Both the position numbers and the translations under genes were made by a program. A DNA stretch of 64,000 nucleotides, taken from contig OZ316891.1 in assembly GCA_973895155.1 (NCBI GenBank), positions 15,997,037 through 16,061,036 of the forward strand, read 5' to 3'. The notes beneath the pieces were generated by a model. It searched no databases and was not told the DNA's origin. It saw nothing but the letters and a program-made list of their open reading frames with translations. This DNA is from Marsupella aquatica (taxonomy: Eukaryota; Plantae; Marchantiophyta). Positions 36,808 through 49,955 of the stretch are shown piece by piece; position 1 is the stretch's first letter, and every line of letters starts with the position of its first letter.

Positions 36808-39800
36808 TGTAAGTAGTGGGTATTTCCAAAATCATGAAGAAACTGAAATTTTTTAAATTTTTTATGGGGTTTAACCTCTAATTGTTGATAACAGAATGGA
36901 GATAGCATTCTGTCTACAAGTTACGGTTCCCAAGTTTAAAGTAAGTTTACGAGTAAACTCCTGTTACTAGTTATGAGTTACTAGTTACGAGTTATGAGTT
37001 ACGGGGTTGCGACAGTATACTAGTTACGAGTATACTAGTTACGACTTACTAGTTAGGGCTTTACGAGTTGTGCCTTACGAGTTGGCGACCGATGATCGCG
37101 ACGTCTTACGGCTACTTCCAACGGGACTTAGCAACGGGATGGCGAACGCGAATTGAAGAAAAGGCAAATTAGACTTCGGGCGCTCACTCCTGACTTAATT
37201 CCTGCCACCTCTGTTGATTCTACCAGCTTCCCCACTCCTTAGCGCACTCAACATAACGGATGAGAGCTATGGCAAACCTCGGCATTGATGAACAGTACCG
37301 AGTTGACACTCTGGCAATTCCTAAGAGCATAGTCGCCCGAATTCCACCAGCGCCCGATAGCTATGCAAATTTACGGACTTCCTTACAGCAGCTAGGTTTG
37401 CAGCATCTACTTGTCATTCCTTGGGAAGTAGAGCTCGACACATATTTGCAGGATTTTGTAAAGGGGTCAGTGCTTGCTCCTGAATTTCGATGGACTATTC
37501 GAGCTCGACCCAGCTTATGGACTGTGGAACAAATTGCTTATGCCTTCCGCTATCCTTCAGAAGGAGAAGGATTGTATTCGAAGAAGAAAGATTTATCTAC
37601 ACCTTACTTCTCTGGGACTCGCAATCTCACCAATGGCTGGAATTTAACACAATGTATTTATCCAGATTTGAGAGTGCTTCTGGAATTTCTAGTACCCATT
37701 TTACACCCGAAGAAGCCAACCATCTGTCCAGTGGCTTTGGTGAATACAATTGTAGCCGCACACAGTGGATCTGTCCAGGTGAATTGGGCCCTGCTAATTT
37801 TCAATGTGATGAAGGATCAGGTGAGGACCATGAAGGCAGGTAGACCCACTCATTTGAAGATTTATTTGTCTCAACTCTATCATGCTTATGATTGTTTATA
37901 TCCAGAGGAGAAAACGGAAAGAGGGCTACTCCTGATTGAGTTAGGCATTGAAGAAGACCTAAGTATGGAAGAACCAGTGGATGCTGTTCCCCTGGATTCT
38001 CATGATCAGAATGTGGATGTTGAGATGGAATTAGATACGACACCTGCTCATAACTTAGAGTTGGTTCGACACCCTCTGCATAACGTGGTGTATTCACCAA
38101 GAGTTAATATGAGAGATCAACCTGGAGCTGGAGAAGACAGAGATTCTCCTGAGCAATCAGCCGACGTTGCTGAACTGGCTCTTGCAACTGTCAACCTAAG
38201 GACCAACTCCTCCACTCCTTCAAAGGCAGAGTCGAATCAGCAGCTTATTGATAAGTTGACATCTCTCCTCAGTTGCAATAGTGATGGACTATATGACGCT
38301 GTTAATAATTTGAGAATGGAGGCTGTTAGTTTGAGATCACCATTTCATGATCAGCTAAGTCCTGTCAGAATGACCTCTCCCCCAAGAGAACCAGCACCAA
38401 TGGAGTTTGTGATCTGTACTCCTGTCACTGTACAACCCCCTCCCCTAGAAACAAGTGAGCCTATTCCAGTAACAGATAGTATCAGCTGTGTGGCCATTGT
38501 GGATGACTTGTTAGAACTACTACAGTGTGAACCTCGACAGATAGCATCTATGGTCCGCAACTTGATCCAACAATGTCCAACTGCTAGTCCTACTCCTAGC
38601 CCAGGTTCGCAACCTTACAGCCCTGATTCCAACTACGAACCCACAGAAGGACCCACCTACAATCGGTCACAATATGAGCACCCTTTTGACAGAAAAGATC
38701 TACTTGAAGACTCTGATCCACCCTCAGATGGTGAAACTTATAGATCTTATGATAATTCTCTTGAGTCATCCCCAAGGCAGGGATTTGAAGATGTTGATAC
38801 TGCCTTAAGATCCAATCCAAACTTAGTAGCAGTTGTCACTTCATCTACTCAAACACCTCGGAATGCTACTATCGAAAGCAGGTACCCTAGACGTCCTGAG
38901 TTAGAAGTGCACAGGTATGCCACCACTTGCAAAATAATGCAGGCCAACAGACCACCGGTTGGAGAGTTCTAGAGATACTACTATCTAAAGAAGACTGAGG
39001 CAAGCTACATCTTCGATCTTAGGTGTCTTGGTACTTCTAGAGTGGAAATGGCACAATTTGATGAGTTCTGGATTGACTCAATATACTTTCGGCCTATTCT
39101 TGCTATGATGCTACTCCAAGGTGATGTAGAGGTAGAGGATTCAGACTTAGTTCTGGCATACTTTGGAAACTTTGCAGCCTATGCCTTGGATTTTGTGGTT
39201 TCCTTCCTAATGCAGAGCAAGAAGTCTACTGCTCTACAACACAATTACATACCACAAGGACCCAAGGTTACCCTTGTTTCAACCAGTACATTGGCTGAGA
39301 AACAGAGAATCTGGAATAATGTCACTTCTCAGACTCTAGCTGAATTCAACCGATACTTCAGAGATGTCAGATGGAGGCTTCAACCCTTCTATTCCAGGAT
39401 GATGAGTAGTGATGAGTTCTTGTTTCATTATTCTCAAGTGTATGCTGCTACCTGCAACAACTATGATGTGATCGGGATGTACAGAGATTCATGTTATTTG
39501 ATGAAGAGAATGCCTTTGATGTACCCTGAGAGACAACTGAGGTGCTTACCATACTCCAGAGGATCCCCACGCCAAGCTGAACTGATGGAGGTTACTCAGA
39601 ACCGAATTGTTACCCTTGTGGAGTTGCTGGAACCAGACGACATCCGACAGCAAGCTTGAAGAAGTCTTTATGTTCTTAGTTAGTTTTTAGAGTAGTGCAT
39701 CTTATCTGATTTTTAGAAATGTGTTCTAGAGCTTTGGAAGCTGTCATACTTCTTTAGTGTATAGTCTGTACCTAGGAAAACCTCTCGGAAAAATCTCAGA

Positions 39801-40883
39801 GTTTTCTGACTTATAGTTAGGAAGTTAAAAATAGTTGAATTCATCAAGTCTTTACTTTACCGCGATTACGAGTTACGACTTAGCTTTTACTAGTTTAAGA
39901 GTTACTAGTTTACGATTACGAGTTCCGATAGACAGCCGATTACGAGTTAATAGTTTACTAGTTACGAGTTCATACTTAGCCATTTTTCCGGCTTTTCACT
40001 TACTGAATCGCCATTTTAAAATTTTGAGGGGTATGAAGAGGCATGTCTCTTCGACCCTGTGACCTCTCACTCAGTAGATTTTGACTATAAGATAGCTCTA
40101 CCACTAGTGTAGATGATGGTAAAGTTTAGCAATTTTTGCCTTTCCTTGGTGTTCTGCTAGTTGATCATGAATGTTAAGAGTTCGAGATCAAGTTTGACAC
40201 CAAGAGAAGACTTTCCTCCTTCTTGTGGTTTAATCCTTTGAATAAATCATGGGAAGTAAAATTCCAATTGTGTAAATCTTATGGGATCTGATGACAGATT
40301 CCTTTTTGGTGATTCATTACAATCTCCTGAGTTCTTGGAGTTAACTCATTGCGTTTAAGTCTTATTTGAAATTGATGGATTTTCTTTCATGTTGCTTAGT
40401 ACCATCTAAATGTTGAAGTAGCTACCTTTTAGATCTTATCTGAGTACCACTTAGAAAGGATAAGACATGTTTACGGCATTTTAAAAGGTACTCTAGTAAG
40501 CATTTTAGATCTGAAAAGCAAACGTGGATTTGAATCCTTAAGTCTTTTCATTTTGACTTATGTCTAAGGAGTAACCTTGGTCTATTCCAGACTCCCTTAG
40601 CATACTTTAAGATATTTTTCCTTGTGTTTTGTTAATCATTTCCTTTTCATTAATTTATGGTTACATGATGTTGAGTTGTCATTAAAAAACACTCACCGCT
40701 GTGGAGCGATCTTCAAAATACCTTAGTAAAGTAATCAATCCTGATTACTATGTGTTAAAGAGAGTTCTTAAACTCTCATTTGTGTTTTTATGTATCAAAT
40801 CAACCCCATCTTGTTCTTTACGGGAACGAATACCGAGTTTGAAGACCTTTAAGTGTGTTTTTGGTTCTTCATAGCAAACTACA
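36808..40883 (+). mobile_element. Family B 4-kb solo-LTR-like element, copy 2, inserted in the Copia integrase
   Basis: TGTA...TACA ends; perfect 5-bp TSD CACAT (36803-36807 and 40884-40888). Confidence 0.92.
37260..39659 (+). pseudogene. Family B LTR-embedded protein (about 800 codons, one premature stop)
   Basis: ORFs 37260-38972 and 39042-39659 are in frame across a TAG that is TGG (GEFW) in copy 1. N-terminal domain GLQHLLVIPW...DFVKG...NGWNLTQC...VNWA. Confidence 0.82.
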
Positions 40884-40888
40884 CACAT

Positions 40889-42900
40889 AAACATCACATC
40901 CAAAAATCCCCAAATGTGAGTAATCTGCTAGACGCCTGCACCTCATTTCAAATGGCGTCTTGAATCCAATAGAACTGGATGGAGAAAAATTTACCAAATA
41001 AGCTGCAGTGTTGACAGCTTCAACCCAAAACTCATGTGGTAAGCATGATTGACTCAACATACTCCTCGAGCGGTCTAATAGTGTTTGGTTGAGTCTCTCA
41101 GAAACACCATTCTGCTGAGGAGTATAACTTGTTGTGAGATGGCGAGTAGTCCCCTGCTCCTTACAATACGTTCCAAATTCCTTGGAACTATATTCACCAC
41201 CGCTATCCGATCAAAGATATCTCACCTTATTACCAGTCTGATTCTCAACTTGGGCTTTCCACTCCTTAAAAGTGGCAAAAATATCAGACTTATTGTGTAG
41301 AAAGTATATCCACACATACCTTGAGTAATCGTCTATGAACGTGACATAGTATAACCGTCCAGAATGTGAGGGAGTAAGGGCTGGACCCCACACATCACTA
41401 TGTACATACTCAAGTACCTCCTTGCTGGTGTGAGTTTCAACTCCGAAGGGTTTTCTGTGCTGCTTCCCAAGCACACAGTGCTCACAAAATTCCAACTTAT
41501 AAGATTGCAAATTAGAAAGTAATCCTTTCTTCTGAAGAATAACCAAACCTTTTTCACTCATGTGGCCCAAACGGAAGTGCCACAGCTGGGCCGTCTCCTC
41601 ATGAGATAAGGTTACATTGGCTTCATCACAGACTACACTGCCCTCCAAAATGTATAGATTGTTGTCTCTTTCCCTTCAATACAACTTTAGTACTAGTTGA
41701 AACCTGAAGGACACCATTAGCAGAACTCCACTGATGGCCATTTGCTTCTAAAACTCCAAGTGAAATGAGATTTTTTCCTCATGCTAGGAATATATCTCAC
41801 ATTCCCCAACGTTCTTACTGCACCATCAAACATCTGAAATCTAACAGATCCAAGTCCAACTACTTGGCATGGGATTTCATTTCCCATCAACATTGACCCG
41901 GTTGAAACCGTGTAAGAACTCAAAAAATCTCTCCTAGAGAAAATGTGAAAAGTACATGCACTATCTAGAATCCAGTCATCACTACCAGGATTTGACACTA
42001 CGTTGAGAGCAAAACCTTGGCATCACAATATGTCATCATCATCGAGTAAATCTACCTCAGGTGCGCTCAAAACCGCGTTAGCTGATGCAGTAGGGTCCCT
42101 TACTCAACAGTCCCTTTTCAGGTGGCCAGGCTTGCCACAATTCCAACATGCAAGAGGCTTCCTCTCTTGCAATTTTCCTCTGGATTTAGATCTCCCCCGT
42201 GATGTAGATCTAAACCTGTTCTGTCCATTCGTGCGCTGCGCTGGTCTTTCACGGTTAACGTTCAGCGTAGTAGAAGAAGAAGATGTTGTTTATGCTTGAC
42301 CCAAATTCTTCTGTGCATCATCAGACAGTAATGAGCTCACCACCTCATCATGTGAAATGGACTTCAGATCTCTATACAAGAGCACCTGTTTTAAGCCCTG
42401 ATAAGATGGCGGTAAGGAGCTTAGCAAAAGCAAGGCCTTATCCTCATCTTTAACTCCCTTACCCAGGTTTGACAGATCCACCGCTAGATTGTTAAACTCA
42501 TCCAGGTGATCCTGTAACTTGCTCTCTTCCTTGAACCTGAGGCTCATCAAGAGAGACTTCTTGTACAGCCGATCTGATGCATCTTCTCGGTAGTACTTCT
42601 CTCTTAGAGCCTTGAACAGTGACGCGCAATCCGCATAATCATCTAACTTCTTGATGATGTGCGGCTTGAGATAAAGCATCACTACATTGACAGCAATCAC
42701 CTGCTCTTGTCTCCACTGCTTCTCTGAGATCTCCTCCTCTCCATCATACTGCTCTCGCGAAGAGAGCAGATGAGCTAAGCCCATTGCACGAAGAACACCC
42801 TTCACTTGCTTCTCCCACAACAAGTAATTAGTAGACCATCGTACTTCTCCATTTCAAACTTCATTCCTCTGAATCTAGCCATCTTCCTCTTCTTCCCCAC
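40889..42900 (-). pseudogene. Copia gag, zinc knuckle, protease and integrase
   Basis: KFEMEKYDG, DEDKALLLLSSLPPSY, CWNCGKPGHLKRDC, WILDSACTFH, LWHFRLGH..CEHC, VHSDVWGP, FIDDYSR. Confidence 0.93.
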
Positions 42901-43214
42901 TACCGACAGCTCTGGTAGTAGAACAACTTCCTCCACTGCACGTCTCACCGGTGATCGTACCGGTGATACTAGTTCCTCCTCAAATGGTAGCAGCTCCTCC
43001 TTAGACTCACCGTCTGACCGTCGCGATCCTAAAGCTCCACCAACACCAATTCTTCTAGTATCCTCCGAGTCACTCACATGAAACAATCACGAAAAAACAT
43101 TTTTTTTCAAAACTCCTCATAAAACTCAAAAACTCAACACCGCCGTGTAGCCCACAAAGCTAGGAGTCCAAACACTGAAAAAAAAAATCAAAACCAAAAT
43201 CCGTTGAGAGGCCA

Positions 43215-43550
43215 CAGGCCGTGGGTGGTGGGTGCAAGCCAAGCTTCCAAGATGATCCCGCACGGACCATGGGTCGTAGGCTATTCGCCCCCAAACTCAA
43301 TAATAATCAAGACCCCTCACAGACCGTGGGTCGTGGGTACATGCCTACCCAGACATACCCACATGACTCACGAACCGTGGGTTGTGGGATATCTTCTCAC
43401 TCAAATCAAAACCTCATGGACGGTGGGTCGTGAGCTCAATACTCACTCAAGCCAAGACCTCACCACCTGTGGGTCGTGAGCTCACTACTCACTCAAGCCA
43501 AGACCTCACCACCTGTGGGTTGTGAGCTCACTACTCACACAAGCCAAGCG
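43215..43550. repeat. Tandem repeats in the Copia 5' leader
   Basis: Recurring CC(G/A)TGGGTCGT core and 2-3 near-exact units of about 46 bp at 43420-43545. Confidence 0.75.
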
Positions 43551-44319
43551 CTAAATACGGCAGAAATTACGGACAAAGTACTATTTCTTAATTTGTCGTT
43601 TTCTCTGTGCCCTAAGTCACAGTTGCACCTCACATTTTTGCAATGCCAAATCGTCGTTTCCAACGAGAAAAGTGAACACCGCCGACCAGAAATGTTGCCG
43701 AATTGCACCGGCATAGTCTGCAGCTCCAGCAGAGTAAGAACTTCCACCGCGTCACCTTCACTTTGCGTCAAGTGCCAATCCTGGACTCAAAACGACCGCC
43801 TTGCCACAATCTCTCCGTTGAGCCCTAGCACTTTGCGTTTCTTCCTTTGAGTTGAACGTCACCACGAGTAACCCGGTTCAGGGAAAAACAAGCACCATAG
43901 CTTGTCAAAAAACCAGAACTCAACATCCACTCGTCACGTTTCACTCGGTATCAACTTGGCAGCAACCCAACTACTGAAATGACCAACTTGCTTCAACCTT
44001 CAACATGAGCTACAACATGCGACACCTCCGGCACCGCACAGCTCACACTGTTGAAAAATGCAAACTCTGGTCTCTCCCCCAAAAACCCGTCGAACACGAA
44101 TAAAACCTGAACAACGTAAACTTTGATTCCTCCGCACCACGGATACCGATAAGCAAGTTCTAACCACCATTAGAAAGCCCTCTCACTAACCTATCCGCTC
44201 AGCCACACACATTTGAGTTTCCTACGATGAAACTCCGAATGTACCACCGACAATGAACGCTGGAAAAACCCGTCACAAAAAAACCTCTCGTCACCTCCTA
44301 GGCATGCTCTGATACCACT

Positions 44320-44663
44320 TGTTGATCATAGACGACATTCGTAACAGCAAGCCCATGAACCATCCAACGTACAAGAGTCAACATAGAGAGATACGTGGTT
44401 CACCTCCATATGAGGCTACGTCCACGGGAACACACAAGAGCTTTACTGCACTCTAGGCCGACAGGCCATACAAGGCATCCACAGCACAAGCTCTCCCTAT
44501 CTCTCAACTAGCCCCGTAACAATGAGCCTAAGTTCCACCAAGGTCTGGCATCAGCCCTGGCTATATACACAACAGCACTACTGCTAACAATAGCTAAGTC
44601 CTAACCCGAGTTAGCCTAACTGTAGCTAGCTCATGAGTCATAATACTAGAGCAATATCTAACA
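44320..44663 (-). repeat. Copia 5' LTR (344 bp)
   Basis: Matches 26100-26268 plus 30290-30464 and lies next to the PBS. Confidence 0.95.
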
Positions 44664-47600
44664 TTTGTAATGGTGGTCCAGAATTGCCTCCACCTCAAAC
44701 TCCTCAGCGTCCTCCACTAGCATGGTATCCGAACGCAAGACCTAATCTCGGTTGGGATCATCGTCTTTGACAAACTTCTTGAGCCGGCTAACATGGTAGA
44801 TTTTGCCCATGCCTATTTCCTTGGGTGTCTCCAACACCACCAAAACCGGATTATCCTTGTGGGCCCATCGTATGACGCGATAGGGCCCCGCATATCTGGG
44901 AGCCAGCTTCCTACTTATGTTCCCGTGGTATTGCTCAGGTCTCAACTGCAACCAGACGCTCTCCCCAATTTCAAAGCTTGTAACCTGGCATCGATGTTTA
45001 TCCCCTTGCTCCTTGTACCAACTTTGGGCAAGGGTCATACCCTTGCTAGCCGCTTCCACAACTAGGTGCCGCTCTTAAATAAAATTGTCTGCAGAAGGAA
45101 CCTTGCTTTCCGTCCGCCAAGCTTCTGGATTTATAAACCAGGAGGGCGCCCTTGGCGTCCTCCGTGTGGCCAACACAAACGGCGCAAATCCCGTGACCGA
45201 ATGCTTGGTCAAGTTATATCTAAACTCGGCCATTGTTAAATGCTTTGCCCAATCCCTTTGATTGGCCGTCACAAAGTGATGCAAGTAGTCCTCCACGATA
45301 CCGTTAACCCGTTCCGTTTGGCCATCTGTTTCATGATGATACGCTGATCCCCTAATCAGGTCCGTTCCGGATAACCGGAATAACGCCAAAAATGGCCCGT
45401 GAACTTGGTATCGCGATCGGACAGGATATGCAATGGCAATCCCCACTGTCGGAAGACATTGTCAAACACTAGACCGGCAACCTCTCGGGCCGAAACCATC
45501 TTTGTGGTAGGCAAGAAATACGCCATCTTGGAAAAACGATCCACGATTGTTAAGATGGAGTTACTGTCGTGGGACTCAAGTAACCCAACAATGAAGTCCA
45601 TGGAGATAGACTCCCATGGAGCCGCAGCTACTGGTAAGGGTTGCAACAGTCCTCCTTTTGCCCTATAGACCGTTTGGTTCTTTTGGCACGAGTAACAACT
45701 TTGCACGTGTCAAAGGACCGATTGCTTCATGTCCGGCCAATACACATCTCGTGACATGCTGCGATATGTAGTGGCTTGTCCTCCATGCCCTCCCCAGGGC
45801 GAGTCGTGGTACTTTTGCAGAACCTCTAACCTTAGAGACTCTGGTATGTACACACGTCTCTGCTTGTATCGCCATAACTGAACATTATGCGTCGTATCCA
45901 ACCCCAACGATACGTGCCTTATCTTGCCTTGGCTACCCCCATTGCTTTGCCATTCCTTAGCTAACTTGTCATCCCCATATGCTGCAACCAGAACCTTTGG
46001 CCACTCGGATTTGAGCATCGTGATCCCATTGACACGATGTTGGTCCTTACGCAATAACGTGTCCGCTGCAGTGTTTGTCTTCCCAGGAACGTGACGGACT
46101 TTGAAATTGAAATCCGCCAAGAACATCTGCCAACGCATTTCCTTGGGGTTGAGTCTCAGCTTAGAATTGAAGTACCCGACCGGCGAGCTATCTGTGTGGA
46201 TTACCACTTTGGGACCGTTCTTAAGGTAAATCTCCCATTTCTTCAACGCATAGATCACAGCATACATTTCCCTTTCCGGTGTGATCCAATGATTTTCCAA
46301 CTTACATGACTCAAAGGCCACAGGACGCCCATCTTGGTGAAGACAGGCGCCAATGGCATAATCACTTGCGTCTGTCCAAATTTCAAACGGCTTCCCCATC
46401 TCAGGTAACTTTAGAACCGCCGGCGTTATCATTAACCGTTAAAGTTCTAGGAATGCTAACTCGCAATCCTGTGTCCACACAAACAATTTGTTTTTCAACG
46501 TTAGCGCATTTAGGGGCCTCGCAATCCTTGCATAGTCTTTCATGTATCTCCGATAGAACCCCATGAATCCTAAGAAGGCTCTGACTTGCCTTACATTGGA
46601 CGGGCGCTCCCATTCTTTGATCTCCTTAAGCTTGTCCTGACTAGGCGTAATCCCTCCTGGGGTAAAGGTATGGCTGAGGAACTGAATCTCGTTCATCACA
46701 AACTCGCACTTGCTAGGTTTAGCAAAGAGACGAGCCTTACGAAGGCGAGAGAACACTTCTCTAAGCAACTGCTCATGTTCCTCCAACGTTTTCGAGTAGA
46801 TTAGGATGTCGTCAATAAAGACGACCACTCCTTGGTCCAACAAGCCAGGAAAGATGGTATTCATCATCTTCATGAACGTTGCGGTTGCATGTACAACCCG
46901 AACAAGATAACCAAGAACTCATAGGATCCAAACCTTGTGCACATCGCGGTCTTATACTCGTCTCCTTTAGCCATGCGGATCTGGTAATACCCAGACTACA
47001 AGTCCACCTTTGAAAACTTCTTAGCCCCGGAGAGGCAATCGAAGAGGTCATCCATACGAGGTAACGGGTACTTGTTCTTTACTGTCTGCTTATTGAGGGC
47101 CCGATAATCTGTGCACAATCTCAAAGTACCATCCTTTTTGGACACAAACAGCGCGGGCGCCCCGTGAGGACTCTTACTAGGGCAAATGAACCCTTGGTCA
47201 ATCAACTCTTCCAAGGCGTTCTTCAACATCATTTGCTCATTCAGGTTCAAATGATAAGGAGCTTTAGCTTGTGGAGCCGAACCTGGCTCCAGCTCAACTT
47301 GGTGATCCACTTCTCTCTGCGGGGGTAAACCTTTAGGTAGCTTCTGCGAGAGCACGTCGTTGAATTCCTCTAAAATTTCAGGAATTCAACCGTAGTCGGG
47401 CCCGACCTTAGCTGACTTGACCTTTGGCTGCGAAGCAGCCTCCTTAGTTGGGTGGAGATGAAAGAAGAAACATTCATGTCCACCCTTGAAGTCTTTCCAC
47501 CATTGCTTTGCCGATACACACGGAGACAACCACGACACTTTACTTAGTTTGAGAAATCTTTCTTTATTTTTGGTAACTTCGTGTACAACAATGGGCTCAT

Positions 47601-49157
47601 CGCCCTTATTGGGAAAATGGAGCACCTCACCCCCCGGTTTCAAGGTAACATTGTGCTTTCTGAGATAACCTACTGACAAGATGAAGTCTATGGCTAGACC
47701 GTCTAGAACGTAGAACATCTCCTGAGTAACAAAATTTTGTTGCTCGCCTATGACCTCTACTCAAAGTCTATGTACCACTCTCGACACTATCCCCTTTGTG
47801 TCGTTGGCGAACTTGCATACTAACCGTTGTAGCAACTCTTGCACGTCCACCCCAAGACGTGTTGCCGCCTGCCCACTTATGAAGCAGACGGTCGCGCCTG
47901 TATCCACCAAAGCAACACCCAGATTACCATTAGAAGTGACATTTACAAAAATCAGTTTTTCAGGATCCATTGTCTTAACTTTAGGTATCTTCTCTCGCAA
48001 CAATACCCCCTCTCCGGCAGGAACATCCCCTACAGGGACCTTGTCAGCTACTAAGGGTTCGGTTAGAGTGATACTTACCTTAATGCTCTTCTGCCCTCCA
48101 CCATCTCTGTTTGGCTTGCCACCTTTCATGGAACAATCCTTACTTTGATGGCCCATGGCACCACATGTGAAGCACGAACCTTCAGCCCGCCTCTGCTCCA
48201 TGGTTTGCCTGCTTCTTTGCTTTCTGTGCCGATGAGGTTCCTTTCTTGAAGTTGTCGGCCTTCTGATTTTGCTTAGCTTCTCCATTCTGGGGCTGGGGAT
48301 CCGAACCACCGGCCCCCGCCCCCTCAGGTTTCTTACGCTTATTCCCCAAACCTTTCACTTTCCCAGCTTCCCCCTCGGATCCCTTGCCACCCACCTTTGC
48401 CAAGTCCGGTCGGTTATTCACCAACGTAGTGGCCTTGTCGAAGGCGTCAGAAAGCGTTTTGAACTCATGACGCTTTTCCTGCAACTTTTCCCTGAGCAAC
48501 GGCGGGAGCTTCATGATAAAGTTGTGAAGCTATGTATGTAGGGTCTCTTGTCCCGCCGGGATACACGCCAATTGATTCTGGTAATAAGTGATGAACTTTT
48601 GGATATCACCCCCTGGGCCCTCACTCTGTGTAAAAGAAGTGGACCCCCCTGCGATCAGGCCCTTTTCTTGTTTACCCCTTGTTATTTCCATTTTACTATT
48701 AAAAGCTCCCTTATTACCGGTAATAATTATAATTATTAGTTCAAAATGAATAAAAATTACCCTTCGAGCGTTCGCACGTCCTCCACGTATTAGTTAAGAC
48801 TGAGGGCCCAGGGATATCACCCCTGAAGCTCATCTCCGTTACACATTTCTGAGCGTGCCGCTCTGAGTACTTAGTGGTGACATGAGCACGGAGTCCCTCA
48901 ACCAGGTTTTCCCAAGTTAATGGCAAGGAGGAGTCCTCTCGCGACTTCTTCCATGACTTGTACCAAGTCAAGGCATAGTCCTTCAGGTAAGGAGCGGCTG
49001 CGGTAGCCCAAGTGGAACGCTCAACACACGCTTGGAGATGAATCTCCATCGTGGAGAGCCAACTCAGGAACTTTTGTCCACTTTGCTTGTAGGCCCCATC
49101 ATAAGTTGGAGGAGTCGGTAGCTGGTTCACTTGGAACATACTCCGTCCAACCACCAT
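44664..49157 (-). pseudogene. Chromovirus gag-pol (gag, CCHC, protease, RT, RNase H, integrase)
   Basis: [89 protein letters not shown]; several frameshifts and stops. Confidence 0.95.
48611..48813. mobile_element. MITE in chromovirus gag
   Basis: Perfect TIR CCCTGGGCCCTCA / TGAGGGCCCAGGG and TSD ATATCACC (8 bp, ambiguous up to 12). Removing it restores the gag frame SFRGDIQKFITYY. Confidence 0.9.
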
Positions 49158-49955
49158 TCCCCCCTCGGGACACGTCGCACTCTAACTACCCAGACTAAGT
49201 AAGTACTTAATCTGGGCCCCCTTGTTGTGCTCCAACTGCTCATAGATGAGTTGTTGGTCTTGAGTCAACGGCTGGGCCCTTGCGGGTTGTATGAGGACGG
49301 TCCTCCAACTATCTTTCCATTGCGGGCCGCCTGTCCTTAGGTTCTCTTGTGGATTTTGGTGACACCCCCGCGTCTTGCGAGCACCATGACCTCCCGGGGC
49401 TGAGGCATCACCCGCATCGCCCTGGGTTTCCTTGTTCAAATTATCCACGATGACGTCCGGCTTGACATCATCCTCTGGTTCCACGTTCAACCCTCTTCCT
49501 TTGTTTTGGCTCGACCCTCTTCCTCTGATTCGGCTTCAGCCTTGTCGTCGCTTCCTTCCGCGTTGGAGTCATCGTCATCCGATCCGTCCTCTGAAGGATC
49601 AACCACCTCCTTCCCTTTAAGTCAACGGCGCTTTGCACTTGACCTGTTCGCCGCAGCGGTTAATGGTTTGGCCGTTGCGTCTTCTTCATCCTGCTTGTAA
49701 CGTTTGTCTAGGGAAGTCGACCCGTCCTCCTTCTGTTCATCTTGAACTTGGGCTCTCCCCTTGGTGGGGGGAGCCTGTTTGCCACTCTTTGAACGAGTGT
49801 TTTTAGCCATGTTCCCAGCGACCGAATATGCCCGCAGTCGACCCGCCAGGCACGTTGAAGCACTAAGTCCCCGCAAAAATCCGTTAAGATTTTTGGATTC
49901 TGACTTAGCACAACCCCGGCCCGATGTCTATGCCAACAATCGCTCTGATACCACA

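Larger units (their letters stand above)
26100..44663 (-). mobile_element. Ty1/Copia retrotransposon, full length but disrupted
   Basis: TSD TTTGT (26095-26099 and 44664-44668); TG...CA LTRs at 44320-44663 and 26100-30464 (split); Met PBS 44306-44317; PPT 30465-30477. Confidence 0.95.
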
